From IMG/VR virus record IMGVR_UViG_3300045988_092861, positions 1 through 64,000 of that record: a stretch of 64,000 nucleotides of DNA. One strand, 5' to 3'. Positions 7,379-15,960 of this stretch are shown piece by piece. The translations under genes and the position numbers were made by a program. This DNA is from a virus. Numbering within the stretch: the first letter of the stretch is position 1; each line of letters opens with the position of its first letter. Below the pieces are notes generated by a model that saw only the letters and a program-made list of their open reading frames with translations, searched no databases and was not told where the DNA came from.

Positions 7379-8487
7379 AAATAGTCGATTACTCTAAGCT
7401 ATTGAAATCCTTTTGGGAAAAGAGGTTAGTTTGCACGCTGACAAGTTGCGAGGCAGATATGTATTATTATTTGCTGAAACAATGCGACTTGGGTAACTGG
7501 GCAAACCCATTCAAATTGCCGACGAAGAAGTGCGAGATAGAACTCGACTTCACTAGGAAAACAATTAGCAGTGTTAGAAACTCTTTGCAGCAGAAAGGAT
7601 TCATTAATTTTAAGCCAAGCAAGGTGCGTGGCGAAGTTGCTGAGTATGAGATTATTGGACTAAATGCGTTTATTACAGAAACGCAAAGTGAAACGCAAAG
7701 TGAAACGCAAAGTGAAACGCAAAGTGAAACGCAAACTGGTACACAAAAGGAAACGCAAAAGGAAACGCAAAAAGAAAAAACAAAAGAAAATTCCCCCCAT
7801 ACCCCCATAAAAGAAAATAAAAAAGAAAATCTAAAAGAGACTGCTGACGCAGTAGAGAAAGCCGAGCTTTCTCTCTTCACGTCAATCTCAGAAAGACGAA
7901 CAGAATTTACAGAAAGACTCAAACCCTATGTTTCAAAATACGGGCAAAAGTTAATCGATGATTTCGCTGCTTATTGGACTGGGGCTGGCAAAGACGATAC
8001 TCGTATGAGATTCGAGAAAGAGAATAAGTTTAGTTTGGCGGGGCGGCTTGCCACTTGGAGCAAGAACGAATTGCGTTTCAAGGGGAACACAGTTCTATCC
8101 GTAGAGCAAAAAGAAAAGCAATATGAGATAGATTGGCAACGTGTTATTAGATGGTTCAATAAACTTGGCTTGGTAGAGGTAAAATGTTTGACCGATAAAC
8201 GTAAATTAGCCTACATTTCGATGTACGAGGCTCACGGAAAAGAAGGGTTAGTTGCGTTTTCTGATAACGTAAAATCCTCTGATTACCTGCTTGGCAAAAC
8301 AGGAAGAGGTCCGAAGAGGGATTTCGATTACGTATTCGAAGAAAAGAACTTCGTGAAAATCATCGAAGGTAGTTTTGAAAACTTTAAAAGCGCAAAAGAA
8401 AATGAAAAGAACATTAGAACAGGATGGAAAGCTCCAGAGCACAAAGATACATCAGCGTATCGGGAGGGGTTTAGAGTTACCCCTTGA
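7375..8487 (+). CDS. Replication-initiator-like winged-helix protein with repetitive linker
   Basis: N-terminal HTH-like region (RKTISSVRNSLQQKGFINF), an (ETQS)4-ETQT-GTQK-(ETQK)2 linker, and a position just upstream of the DnaC-like and DnaB genes. Confidence 0.45.
   Translation: MKIVDYSKLLKSFWEKRLVCTLTSCEADMYYYLLKQCDLGNWANPFKLPTKKCEIELDFTRKTISSVRNSLQQKGFINFKPSKVRGEVAEYEIIGLNAFITETQSETQSETQSETQSETQTGTQKETQKETQKEKTKENSPHTPIKENKKENLKETADAVEKAELSLFTSISERRTEFTERLKPYVSKYGQKLIDDFAAYWTGAGKDDTRMRFEKENKFSLAGRLATWSKNELRFKGNTVLSVEQKEKQYEIDWQRVIRWFNKLGLVEVKCLTDKRKLAYISMYEAHGKEGLVAFSDNVKSSDYLLGKTGRGPKRDFDYVFEEKNFVKIIEGSFENFKSAKENEKNIRTGWKAPEHKDTSAYREGFRVTP
7678..7773 (+). repeat. Eight tandem 12-bp units (GAAACGCAAAGT x4 exact, then 4 degenerate); candidate origin iterons
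   Basis: Read directly from the sequence. Followed by an A-rich tract at 7774-7850. Confidence 0.9.
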
Positions 8488-9064
8488 AAACAAGGAGGCC
8501 AAGAATCTTCTATACTCATTCTACAAGCGAGAGGTAGAGAAGCGTAAACGGCAGTTTGTTTTCACAAGTGAACTTAAAGGAGCTATGTCGAAGATAGGAG
8601 ATTTTCTTACAACAGAGACAAACTTCTACGGTTTATTCATGCCGGGTAGCATAGGAAATGGAAAAACCACTATGCTAAAGGCTATCAGAGATTTGTTAGT
8701 CTATTTGGTGGAAACCAACAAGATCAGCTATTGTGAGGGAGACAAATATCCTCATTTCATCAAAGCTACAGACATGGCAAATATGATTATCGAAGACAGG
8801 AACGAATTTCGCATAATAAAAAATACCAAGTTCTTGTTGATAGATGACTTGGGGGCAGAGCCGACAGAGCTTATTACCTATGGAATGCCATACAGACCAT
8901 TTGATGAGCTTTTGGACTATCGCTACGAACTGTTGCTTCCTACCATTATCAGTTCAAACCTAACAGCAACTGATATTGGGCAGAAATACAATGACCAAAG
9001 AATCGTAGATAGAATGCATGAAATGTTTGACATTTTAAGTTTCGAGGAGGTATCTTTCAGATGA
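8402..9064 (+). CDS. DnaC/IstB-like helicase loader ATPase
   Basis: Walker A PGSIGNGKTTML and Walker B FLLIDDLGAEP. The track start 8375 is TTG and the first ATG is 8402. Either start overlaps the upstream gene by 86 nt or more. Confidence 0.7.
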   Translation: MKRTLEQDGKLQSTKIHQRIGRGLELPLENKEAKNLLYSFYKREVEKRKRQFVFTSELKGAMSKIGDFLTTETNFYGLFMPGSIGNGKTTMLKAIRDLLVYLVETNKISYCEGDKYPHFIKATDMANMIIEDRNEFRIIKNTKFLLIDDLGAEPTELITYGMPYRPFDELLDYRYELLLPTIISSNLTATDIGQKYNDQRIVDRMHEMFDILSFEEVSFR

Positions 9065-10464
9065 GTTTAACACAATCACCATTTCAGGGCCAGCCATTAA
9101 TCAACGACACAAAGGCCGAACAATATGTAATTGGCAGTATGCTTACTGACCCTACCGCTTATACGATCGTAAGCCAATATCTTGACGAAGAGTGTTTTTA
9201 CGACCCCATCTGTAAGGATTCCTGGAAAGCAATCGACACTATAGGAAAACGGGGTGTGCCTATAGATATAATATCAGTTTCCTCCGAATTAGCAAAAGAG
9301 AAATCATCCGTTTCTCCAATAGACTTGATGAACATTTCGTCTCAAGTAGCATCATCTTCTCACGCAGAATTTCATGCCATAAGACTGCAAGATTTGGGTA
9401 GGAGAAGAAAACTATGGGTTGTTGGCCAGCAACTTTCAAGGGTAGGCCTATCTGAGGATATACCGACATCCGATGCTCATCAAGAAGCTATTGAAAGCAT
9501 AGGGAGGGTTTTCGAGAAGGCAGACGGAGTATTCACACTAAACGATGCAATGAATAGCCTTAACGATATAATGATAAAAAATGCTACCGTTGGAGGTGTT
9601 ACCACAGGAACAAAAACAGGCATGGATAGATTTGACGAGAAGGGAGGACTACAGAAATCTGACTTAATTATCATAGCTGGTGAAACCTCCCAAGGTAAGA
9701 CCTCACTCGCGCTTTGCATGACACGAAACGCCATTGAGAACAGAGCAAAGGTTGCTTTCTACTCTATGGAAATGACGAAAGAGCAGCTTACCGCACGTCT
9801 TCTTTCTGCCAAAACAAATATTCCGGCCAACAACATTCTTTATTCTGGCAGTTTAGCACCAAGTGAGATAAAAATGATAGACGATGCCAGAGGGAAGCTA
9901 CCTGGAGAGAACTTGTTTTTTGATGACAAGAGTACTTCGAATATAGACTCTATTTTGCTTTCTATCCGAATGCTTAAAATGCAAAAGGATATTGACGGAG
10001 CTGTTATTGATTACTTGCAAATACTTAATGTGAATTCAAAAAGCACAAGTTTCAGTAGAGAGCAGGCTATGGGTGATGCCGCACGAAGATTCAAGAACCT
10101 TGCAAAGGAACTGAACATATGGATCATCGCCCTAAGTCAGTTGTCTAGAGATAGCAATTGTCCCGAGCCGAACTTGAACCGACTGCGCGATAGTGGACAG
10201 ATAGGAGAAGCTGCCGATGTTGTCATCCTAGTCTATCGAGCAGAGTATTACAACAGAGCGTACCCTGCCCCATTCGACAATAAGGACGACTATCCTACTG
10301 ATGGAACGGCTATGATAGACGTTGCAAAGGGACGTAATATCGGAACATTCAAATTCTTTATGGGATTCAATAAAAATACGACAAATTTTTTCAAGACGAA
10401 TTTAATCAATGAGGATGTACAAGTACCTTTTGAAAAGCCAGAAGAAGCGGATGCACCATTCTGA
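9061..10464 (+). CDS. dnaB: Replicative DNA helicase DnaB
   Basis: N-terminus AEQYVIGSMLTDP, Walker A AGETSQGKTSLAL, IDYLQIL, LSQLSR. Unusual C-terminus EEADAPF*. Confidence 0.9.
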   Translation: MSLTQSPFQGQPLINDTKAEQYVIGSMLTDPTAYTIVSQYLDEECFYDPICKDSWKAIDTIGKRGVPIDIISVSSELAKEKSSVSPIDLMNISSQVASSSHAEFHAIRLQDLGRRRKLWVVGQQLSRVGLSEDIPTSDAHQEAIESIGRVFEKADGVFTLNDAMNSLNDIMIKNATVGGVTTGTKTGMDRFDEKGGLQKSDLIIIAGETSQGKTSLALCMTRNAIENRAKVAFYSMEMTKEQLTARLLSAKTNIPANNILYSGSLAPSEIKMIDDARGKLPGENLFFDDKSTSNIDSILLSIRMLKMQKDIDGAVIDYLQILNVNSKSTSFSREQAMGDAARRFKNLAKELNIWIIALSQLSRDSNCPEPNLNRLRDSGQIGEAADVVILVYRAEYYNRAYPAPFDNKDDYPTDGTAMIDVAKGRNIGTFKFFMGFNKNTTNFFKTNLINEDVQVPFEKPEEADAPF

Positions 10465-10491
10465 TAATCAGAGAGTTACAAAGCGCGAAGA

Positions 10492-10635
10492 TTTAGTATT
10501 TTTAACTAAAATATTTATTAGTATATTTGCATATATCAAATAATTTTCGTACCTTTGCATATAGATAAAGGTAGTACTTTTGACTATTCAGAGCCTACCT
10601 TACAAGTTGAACCAATTAAAATTATAAAGATTATG
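10492..10635 (+). repeat. Promoter-leader cassette, copy A
   Basis: About 145 bp, roughly 97% identical by eye to 24453-24597 and 32736-32880. Confidence 0.9.
10526..10557 (+). promoter_or_regulatory. Cassette A promoter
   Basis: TTTG, N20, TACCTTTG. Confidence 0.65.
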
Positions 10636-11064
10636 AATACAACTATTGAATTAAGAAAGAACGAAATCAAGAACGAGGTTAAGAACTTGTTTAACCAGTT
10701 CGGTGGACTTGTAGAAAATATAGTTTCTGTGTGCCCTGACTGGAAGTTTGTGAACGTTCAAGATTCTCACAATCAGATAAAAGTCAAGTTTGCCTTAACT
10801 TGCGATGAGAACAGAGAGTTGACTGTCGTGTATAATGAATGCAAATGCGGATTCCATGGAAATGTTGAGTTCGCAACAGAAATAGACGCAGCGTCCAGTA
10901 TTGATATAGATAGTACTAATAGTAAAGCTAAGTATTATATTGCTCTGGGTGTGTTTCTGTCCAATAAAGACTTGCAGGATAAGTTACAGTCAGAGATGAA
11001 GAACTTCCTACACAATATAGAAATTAAATATAATGAGTACAATAAATTAGACCAGGAGGATTAA
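10633..11064 (+). CDS. Hypothetical 143-aa protein, paralog of 32878-33309
   Basis: Track ORF trimmed to the ATG after the conserved leader. Shares VCPDW, KYY.A.G and the C-terminal Y(N/D)KLDQED with the paralog. Confidence 0.6.
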   Translation: MNTTIELRKNEIKNEVKNLFNQFGGLVENIVSVCPDWKFVNVQDSHNQIKVKFALTCDENRELTVVYNECKCGFHGNVEFATEIDAASSIDIDSTNSKAKYYIALGVFLSNKDLQDKLQSEMKNFLHNIEIKYNEYNKLDQED

Positions 11065-11066
11065 TT

Positions 11067-11231
11067 ATGGAGACGCTTTCTGAGTACATGCTTCGCAGAT
11101 TTTGTTCTGCTTATCCAACGGTTCCTATTACGCTTTCAAAAGTCAAGGCTTATCTTGACACAGTTGATGATTGGAGAGAGTTAGATGACAGCCATTTGGC
11201 ACTATTATACAATTTTAATCTTAAAAAATAG
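11067..11231 (+). CDS. Hypothetical 54-aa protein
   Basis: Translated by hand (METLSEYMLRRF...NFNLKK*). GGAGGA lies 8 nt upstream. Below the track size cut-off. Confidence 0.4.
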   Translation: METLSEYMLRRFCSAYPTVPITLSKVKAYLDTVDDWRELDDSHLALLYNFNLKK

Positions 11232-11244
11232 AAAGGGAATAATT

Positions 11245-11424
11245 ATGAAAAATTCAAATTTCAATCTTATCAAGTCTTTGGGCTATGTTGTAGTGTTGGT
11301 AAGTATGGCTTCGCACTCTGTACCGCACGAATATTGGAAGAACGTTGAGGACGGTTGCTTATATGGACACGTTGGAGACAGCATAGAAGAGTATAAGCTC
11401 TTGATGAAGGAAGGCATTATGTAA
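11245..11424 (+). CDS. Hypothetical small protein
   Basis: First ATG of track ORF 11185-11424 after the upstream stop. Confidence 0.45.
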   Translation: MKNSNFNLIKSLGYVVVLVSMASHSVPHEYWKNVEDGCLYGHVGDSIEEYKLLMKEGIM

Positions 11425-11437
11425 AGGAGGAACGGTC

Positions 11438-11758
11438 ATGAGTTTAATCGATGAAATCAGAGCAGCTAGAGTTTCTCAACTCACTGAGGAACACAAGGAA
11501 AAGCTTCTTGCTTATATTAAGAAGAACTTGATGCAACATGATAACGTAGTAATCGGAGGCGCGGAACACTTTTCACATGATTGGAAAATTCCAGACCCGG
11601 ATAGCAAGGATTGGTGGAGAGACTGTTATGCTCCATACAAGCTCCATCCGGCTATTACGGATTGGCTGAATAGCCTTGGCTTTACGTGCAGCCGCTATTA
11701 TAACAGAGGTGGTGTTGACCAGGGAATATGTGTAAGTATAACATTAGAGAAGAGATAG
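11438..11758 (+). CDS. Hypothetical protein
   Basis: 106-aa ORF. AAGGAGGA lies 7 nt upstream. Confidence 0.55.
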   Translation: MSLIDEIRAARVSQLTEEHKEKLLAYIKKNLMQHDNVVIGGAEHFSHDWKIPDPDSKDWWRDCYAPYKLHPAITDWLNSLGFTCSRYYNRGGVDQGICVSITLEKR

Positions 11759-11760
11759 CT

Positions 11761-12099
11761 ATGGTAGTAAAGGAAATGGTACAATACACGAGAACGGCAG
11801 ACATGGAAGAACTCTATCTGATGCTCAATAATGATTCAGTTGCCTATGACCTTTGGCACGATTATGCTGAAAAGTATGCCCTGAAGATGGTAAATGGCGA
11901 GGCGGTAATGATGGAGAATGTCGCCCATGTGATGATTGCAAGAATCATCCAATCTTGCGATAGATTGCTAAACTGGCGCAGAAAGATGATTACTGATGAT
12001 CTAAATATAACCAAAGAGCAGAAAGAGATTGTTGCGTGGCAGTGGTTCTATAATAGTATGATGGATTTATATACTTATTATAAAGGTAGGCAAAAGTAA
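11761..12099 (+). CDS. Hypothetical protein
   Basis: ATG 2 nt after the upstream stop. Track ORF 11728 trimmed. Confidence 0.5.
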   Translation: MVVKEMVQYTRTADMEELYLMLNNDSVAYDLWHDYAEKYALKMVNGEAVMMENVAHVMIARIIQSCDRLLNWRRKMITDDLNITKEQKEIVAWQWFYNSMMDLYTYYKGRQK

Positions 12100-12202
12100 G
12101 GTTTAACATGACGGGTATTAAGGACACCCACAAGTTAGATACCTTATTCTTATCTGGCAGCCGGAAAGACGGCAGCCTACCTTCTAACAAAAATATACAA
12201 TT

Positions 12203-12604
12203 ATGAAGAATATTTATCATATACATCAGTCTTCCAATTCCTATTGGGATAGCCGTTGGACTGACACAGATTATTATCTTTGCGACAGCGAGGAAGAGTA
12301 TCAGCAGAAATTGGCTGAATACACCGAGAAGCGTAAGCAGATTGAGAAGGATTTTAAAGAGAATCCAACAGAGCACAATAAGTATTGCGCATTGTTCTTA
12401 CAGCTCAGCAAGGAGCAAAAGGTGCATGCCAGCGAATACTACTACGCACATGAATGGTGTGGCAAAGAGTTCGATGCTTTCGGTTTCTGCTGGAGTGAGA
12501 GGTTGGAGAGAAGCACGCATTACAAGTACTTCTTGAAGCCGGGGTCTGTAACTAATGAAAGCGTAAGTTCTGCCGTTGGCAGATTTACAGGATATGGAAG
12601 TTAA
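12203..12604 (+). CDS. Hypothetical protein
   Basis: 133-aa ORF preceded by the repeated 34-nt element 12150-12183. Confidence 0.55.
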   Translation: MKNIYHIHQSSNSYWDSRWTDTDYYLCDSEEEYQQKLAEYTEKRKQIEKDFKENPTEHNKYCALFLQLSKEQKVHASEYYYAHEWCGKEFDAFGFCWSERLERSTHYKYFLKPGSVTNESVSSAVGRFTGYGS

Positions 12605-12751
12605 ACTAAATAAGATTGGAGGTGAAACATGTAGAATGAAGTAAACATCGTTAAACAAAACAATGGTCGGGATTTACTACTATTAATACATAATATAATA
12701 TTTATCTGGCAGCTCGGAAAGACGGCACCCGACCTTTAAAATTTAATCAGT

Positions 12752-13093
12752 ATGGAAATAGAAGAATTAATAAAAATAGCAGAGTCTGATTCCTGGTCTG
12801 TTACCGAAGAGGAATACTCAAATGGAAAAGGATTACTCTTTTCAAAATATTCACCTGCAGGTCAAGACTTTTCAATATCAACCGGACCATTTGAAAGTGC
12901 GGAAGAATTGATCAACAGCATTCACCAACGTTACGTAGAATATGATGTTGACAGTGAAGCATATTTATGGTTGGACAACGAGGGCCATGGAAAGAATGGC
13001 GCACCATATCGCATGAGGGATGTACTGGAAGATATGGAGGCTTGCAAGAAGATGATTTACGACTTATTTATTTTGTTATCTAAAAGGTTATGA
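12752..13093 (+). CDS. Hypothetical acidic protein
   Basis: 113-aa ORF preceded by a second copy of the element (12702-12736). Confidence 0.55.
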   Translation: MEIEELIKIAESDSWSVTEEEYSNGKGLLFSKYSPAGQDFSISTGPFESAEELINSIHQRYVEYDVDSEAYLWLDNEGHGKNGAPYRMRDVLEDMEACKKMIYDLFILLSKRL

Positions 13094-13197
13094 AAAGAAG
13101 TGAATTATTTATAGCTTGCGCCAACAATTACGATTGTAAGTCAGATTGCGACAACTGTGATTTATATCTTCGTTATCGGGAAGAAAATGGGGATTAA
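13090..13197 (+). CDS. Possible 35-aa Cys-rich miniprotein
   Basis: ATGA overlap with the upstream stop. MKRSELFIACANNYDCKSDCDNCDLYLRYREENGD*. Confidence 0.3.
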   Translation: MKRSELFIACANNYDCKSDCDNCDLYLRYREENGD

Positions 13198-13199
13198 CT

Positions 13200-13439
13200 A
13201 TGAGCAAAGAAAGTATTATTAAGGTTGGTCGGTTCGATAAAGCATCAGACTATCCGATCGGTCAGAAACTTATTATAAACGGAAGAACCTGTGTAGTAAC
13301 AAAACATGGAGATTGTGCTGATTGTTTTGTCGGCGTGCCGAACATACAACGTCGGGACACAGATGTTATCTGTAAAGACTTAGCTTGCACAGCGGTTGAA
13401 AGAAAAGATAAAACGAGTGTTCATTTCAAAGAAATTTAA
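13200..13439 (+). CDS. Hypothetical protein
   Basis: 79-aa ORF, tightly packed with its neighbours. Confidence 0.5.
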   Translation: MSKESIIKVGRFDKASDYPIGQKLIINGRTCVVTKHGDCADCFVGVPNIQRRDTDVICKDLACTAVERKDKTSVHFKEI

Positions 13440-13441
13440 TT

Positions 13442-13654
13442 ATGACGGTGTACTTGATTTATAAAGAAGATGCTTGGCATTCAAAGGGAAGTGGCAAATT
13501 GCTTAGAGTAGCCGATAATCTTGAGAAATGCTACGCAACCGCTGAGGCTAACGGAGCTTCGGAAGACCAGATTAGAGATTTGCGCAATATCGGGCAAAGT
13601 CAATGTAGCGGCAAAAGCTACGAGTTTAACATTGAAACATGGGAGGTTACATAA
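13442..13654 (+). CDS. Hypothetical protein
   Basis: 70-aa ORF, 2 nt after the upstream stop. Confidence 0.5.
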   Translation: MTVYLIYKEDAWHSKGSGKLLRVADNLEKCYATAEANGASEDQIRDLRNIGQSQCSGKSYEFNIETWEVT

Positions 13655-13833
13655 TGAAATTTAAAGTTCATATAGAGGAAACGTTAAGTAAAGACGTTAT
13701 CGTGGATGCAGAAACGAGACAAGATGCTCGTGCCATGATAGAAGAGAAAATCGAGAATGAGGAGATCGTTCTTTCTGCTGATGATTTCACTGGTTGCAGA
13801 ATTATTGAAGTTATGAAGGAAAATGAATATTAA
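13654..13833 (+). CDS. Hypothetical protein
   Basis: TAATG junction. GGGAGG lies upstream. Track ORF 13639 trimmed. Confidence 0.5.
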   Translation: MKFKVHIEETLSKDVIVDAETRQDARAMIEEKIENEEIVLSADDFTGCRIIEVMKENEY

Positions 13834-14011
13834 GACAACAAAGACAGAGTACAAGGAGCTGCTTAAAGTGTTAGAACAATCTGCCAACTTTGTTACAGAC
13901 AAGGCTACAAGAGCCAGAGAGCTTGATATGGCGAGAAGGCTTACAAGATCAAGGTTATTACTGGAGAAAAGAAATGGCAGTTTTGAAGGAGAAGGCAGCG
14001 ATAGTCATTAA
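13823..14011 (+). CDS. Hypothetical protein (uncertain)
   Basis: 62-aa ORF overlapping both neighbours. Confidence 0.3.
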   Translation: MNIKTTKTEYKELLKVLEQSANFVTDKATRARELDMARRLTRSRLLLEKRNGSFEGEGSDSH

Positions 14012-14219
14012 TGGCATCGTGTATGTAGCGGAACCAATGGATGATTGCGAGGATTGTGCGTTTTGTACGGGCTTGGCACAATGCAGCGTAGATTTCATTT
14101 GCATCTCTATGAGAGAAGCATTCCGTAAGGGATTCAGAAACAAGCCTATCGGTTTCAAAAAATGGAAAGGTTATGAAAGGAACAGAAACATTCAAGAAGG
14201 TAATCAAGGCATATCTTGA
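13974..14219 (+). CDS. Hypothetical Cys-rich protein (uncertain start)
   Basis: MAVLKEK...DDCEDCAFCTGLAQC. Internal ATG of track ORF 13890-14219. Confidence 0.35.
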   Translation: MAVLKEKAAIVINGIVYVAEPMDDCEDCAFCTGLAQCSVDFICISMREAFRKGFRNKPIGFKKWKGYERNRNIQEGNQGIS

Positions 14220-14607
14220 CAAACGAGCAGCAGAGGACGAACTGTTCGCAAAGGATTACGCCAAGCCGAACAAGAATATCGATGACTGCTGCGACTTTAT
14301 CATCTCAAAGGTCAAGAAATCCGGAAGACAAGGATTTGATGATGATGAGATTTATGGTCTTGCGGTTCATTATTATAATGAAGAAGAGGTTTCATTCAGC
14401 AAGAACATAAATTGCACCATCGTTACAAACCTCTCAGACCAAACCAAGGAGAGTTTGGAGAAGAAGGCAGAGGAGGAGTTCAAGCAAGCTAAGATTATGG
14501 AGCTCAAAAAGAAGGAGTCTGCAGAGAAGGAGCGCTTGAAGAAGAAAGCCGAGGCCAAGAGAAAGAAGGATGCCGAGGTTGGGCAGTTGAGTTTGTTTGA
14601 TTTTTAA
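14173..14607 (+). CDS. PcfK-like protein
   Basis: FKKVIKAYLDKRAAEDELFAKDYAKPNKNIDDCCDFI...DDEIYGLAVHYYNEEE and the C-terminal QLSLFDF match my memory of PcfK-family proteins from Bacteroides conjugative elements. Confidence 0.75.
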   Translation: MKGTETFKKVIKAYLDKRAAEDELFAKDYAKPNKNIDDCCDFIISKVKKSGRQGFDDDEIYGLAVHYYNEEEVSFSKNINCTIVTNLSDQTKESLEKKAEEEFKQAKIMELKKKESAEKERLKKKAEAKRKKDAEVGQLSLFDF

Positions 14608-14618
14608 TTATGTGAGTT

Positions 14619-15890
14619 ATGAAACCAAGAAATAAGATAGAGCGTGAAGTCGTCAAACTATCCGTTAGAATACCAGAGTTATCTGACAAACAACGTCAGT
14701 GGGCCATCAAAACTTGTATTTCAGAAGACGTCGCTTATAAGTATAGAGACAGATTTTCAAGAGGGTGTTTTTATCTTGTATGTACTTTCAAAGGATGGCA
14801 AGTTCTCAGATATTTTCAGATAAGAGCAAAGTTTCGGTTTTATAAGATTGTTAAAGAAAAAATCTACTTCAAGGAGTGTATGCAACAATGGATGAAAGAC
14901 GGGAAATACGTCTTCCTTGCCAGACAGAGGATTAACGGATATTTCACAGACGCTTTTACTTCAAGCGGGAATTTGGAAGTGAGAACACATACTGTATGGG
15001 GCTACCTTGGCGACCCACGCGAACTTGGATTTGATGGAGTATATTATGCCTCGGTTCAAGACAAGTATAAGTATGCTCTCAGAGACTTCAAGAAAAAAAT
15101 TTCATGTGATGAAATCTTTCGTTCTGTTAATGCTAACACGTACAATGAAACCCTCATGAGACGAGATGTTGATATGTGGAAAATGTGCAAGTATCACGAA
15201 GCAGTCTTTGACAAAGGAAAAATGTCAGCTATTAAGATTGTAGTCAGACACGGAAAGGCAGAATATCTTTATGACAGCTTATGGTGGGATATGCTCGACA
15301 GTATCATATATCTTAAGAAAGATGTACGCAACCCTTCAATAGTTTGCCCGCAGAATCTTCACGATGCACACGACAAGTGGCTTAAGGCTGCTGACAACAA
15401 GAAAAAGAAGATGGAGGACAGAATGACTAAACTGCGCTTGATTGCTGAAGAAAAAATGCAACTCAGGTACCTGGAGCAAGCAGCTAAAGCCGAAGAGGAG
15501 AATAAGAAAAAGGCAGAAGCAATGGCTAATGTTTATATTGCCAGAAGAAAGCAGTTCTTTGACATTGACATAAAGGATGGCGCCATAGACATACAGGTTC
15601 TTAAGTCCGTCCAGGAGTTCTTTGAAGAAGGAAAAGAGATGGGGCACTGTGTATTTAGAAACGGCTATTACGATGTGAACAGAAAGCCGAACTGTCTCAT
15701 ACTTTCTGCCAAGGTAAACGGACAGCGTATGGAGACAATCGAGGTAAACTTAGCCGATGTTACCGTTGTTCAATGCCAGGGCCACAGAAACATAAACTCA
15801 GCTTTCCACGATACTATCCTAAAACTCATCAACGACAATCTATGGCAGATAGAATCTAGGCTTCCGAACAGAGCAAGCAGAACGGCGTAA
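14619..15890 (+). CDS. PcfJ-like protein
   Basis: 423 aa, C-terminal GKEMGHCVFRNGYY...ETIEVNL...VVQCQGHRN. It is the usual partner gene of PcfK. Confidence 0.75.
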   Translation: MKPRNKIEREVVKLSVRIPELSDKQRQWAIKTCISEDVAYKYRDRFSRGCFYLVCTFKGWQVLRYFQIRAKFRFYKIVKEKIYFKECMQQWMKDGKYVFLARQRINGYFTDAFTSSGNLEVRTHTVWGYLGDPRELGFDGVYYASVQDKYKYALRDFKKKISCDEIFRSVNANTYNETLMRRDVDMWKMCKYHEAVFDKGKMSAIKIVVRHGKAEYLYDSLWWDMLDSIIYLKKDVRNPSIVCPQNLHDAHDKWLKAADNKKKKMEDRMTKLRLIAEEKMQLRYLEQAAKAEEENKKKAEAMANVYIARRKQFFDIDIKDGAIDIQVLKSVQEFFEEGKEMGHCVFRNGYYDVNRKPNCLILSAKVNGQRMETIEVNLADVTVVQCQGHRNINSAFHDTILKLINDNLWQIESRLPNRASRTA

Positions 15891-15928
15891 TTTTTTAGTA
15901 TTTTTGACTAAAATTTCCGTTTGATATA

Positions 15929-15960
15929 TTTGCATATATCAAATAATTTTCGTACCTTTG
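15929..15960 (+). promoter_or_regulatory. Cassette B promoter (distal promoter of the modification island)
   Basis: TTTG, N20, TACCTTTG. A perfect 10-bp-arm palindrome TTTGATATAT-TTGC-ATATATCAAA lies at 15920-15943. Confidence 0.65.

Noticed and set aside
7678-7773. Tandem 12-bp repeats considered as a CRISPR-like or minisatellite array.
   Set aside because: There are no spacers, the units are contiguous and in frame within a gene, and no cas genes are present. Interpreted instead as a linker or iterons.
8375-8487. 86-113-nt overlap between the initiator-like gene and the DnaC-like gene, considered as a programmed frameshift.
   Set aside because: No slippery site was seen. Uncertainty in start-codon choice (TTG 8375 or ATG 8402) is a simpler explanation.
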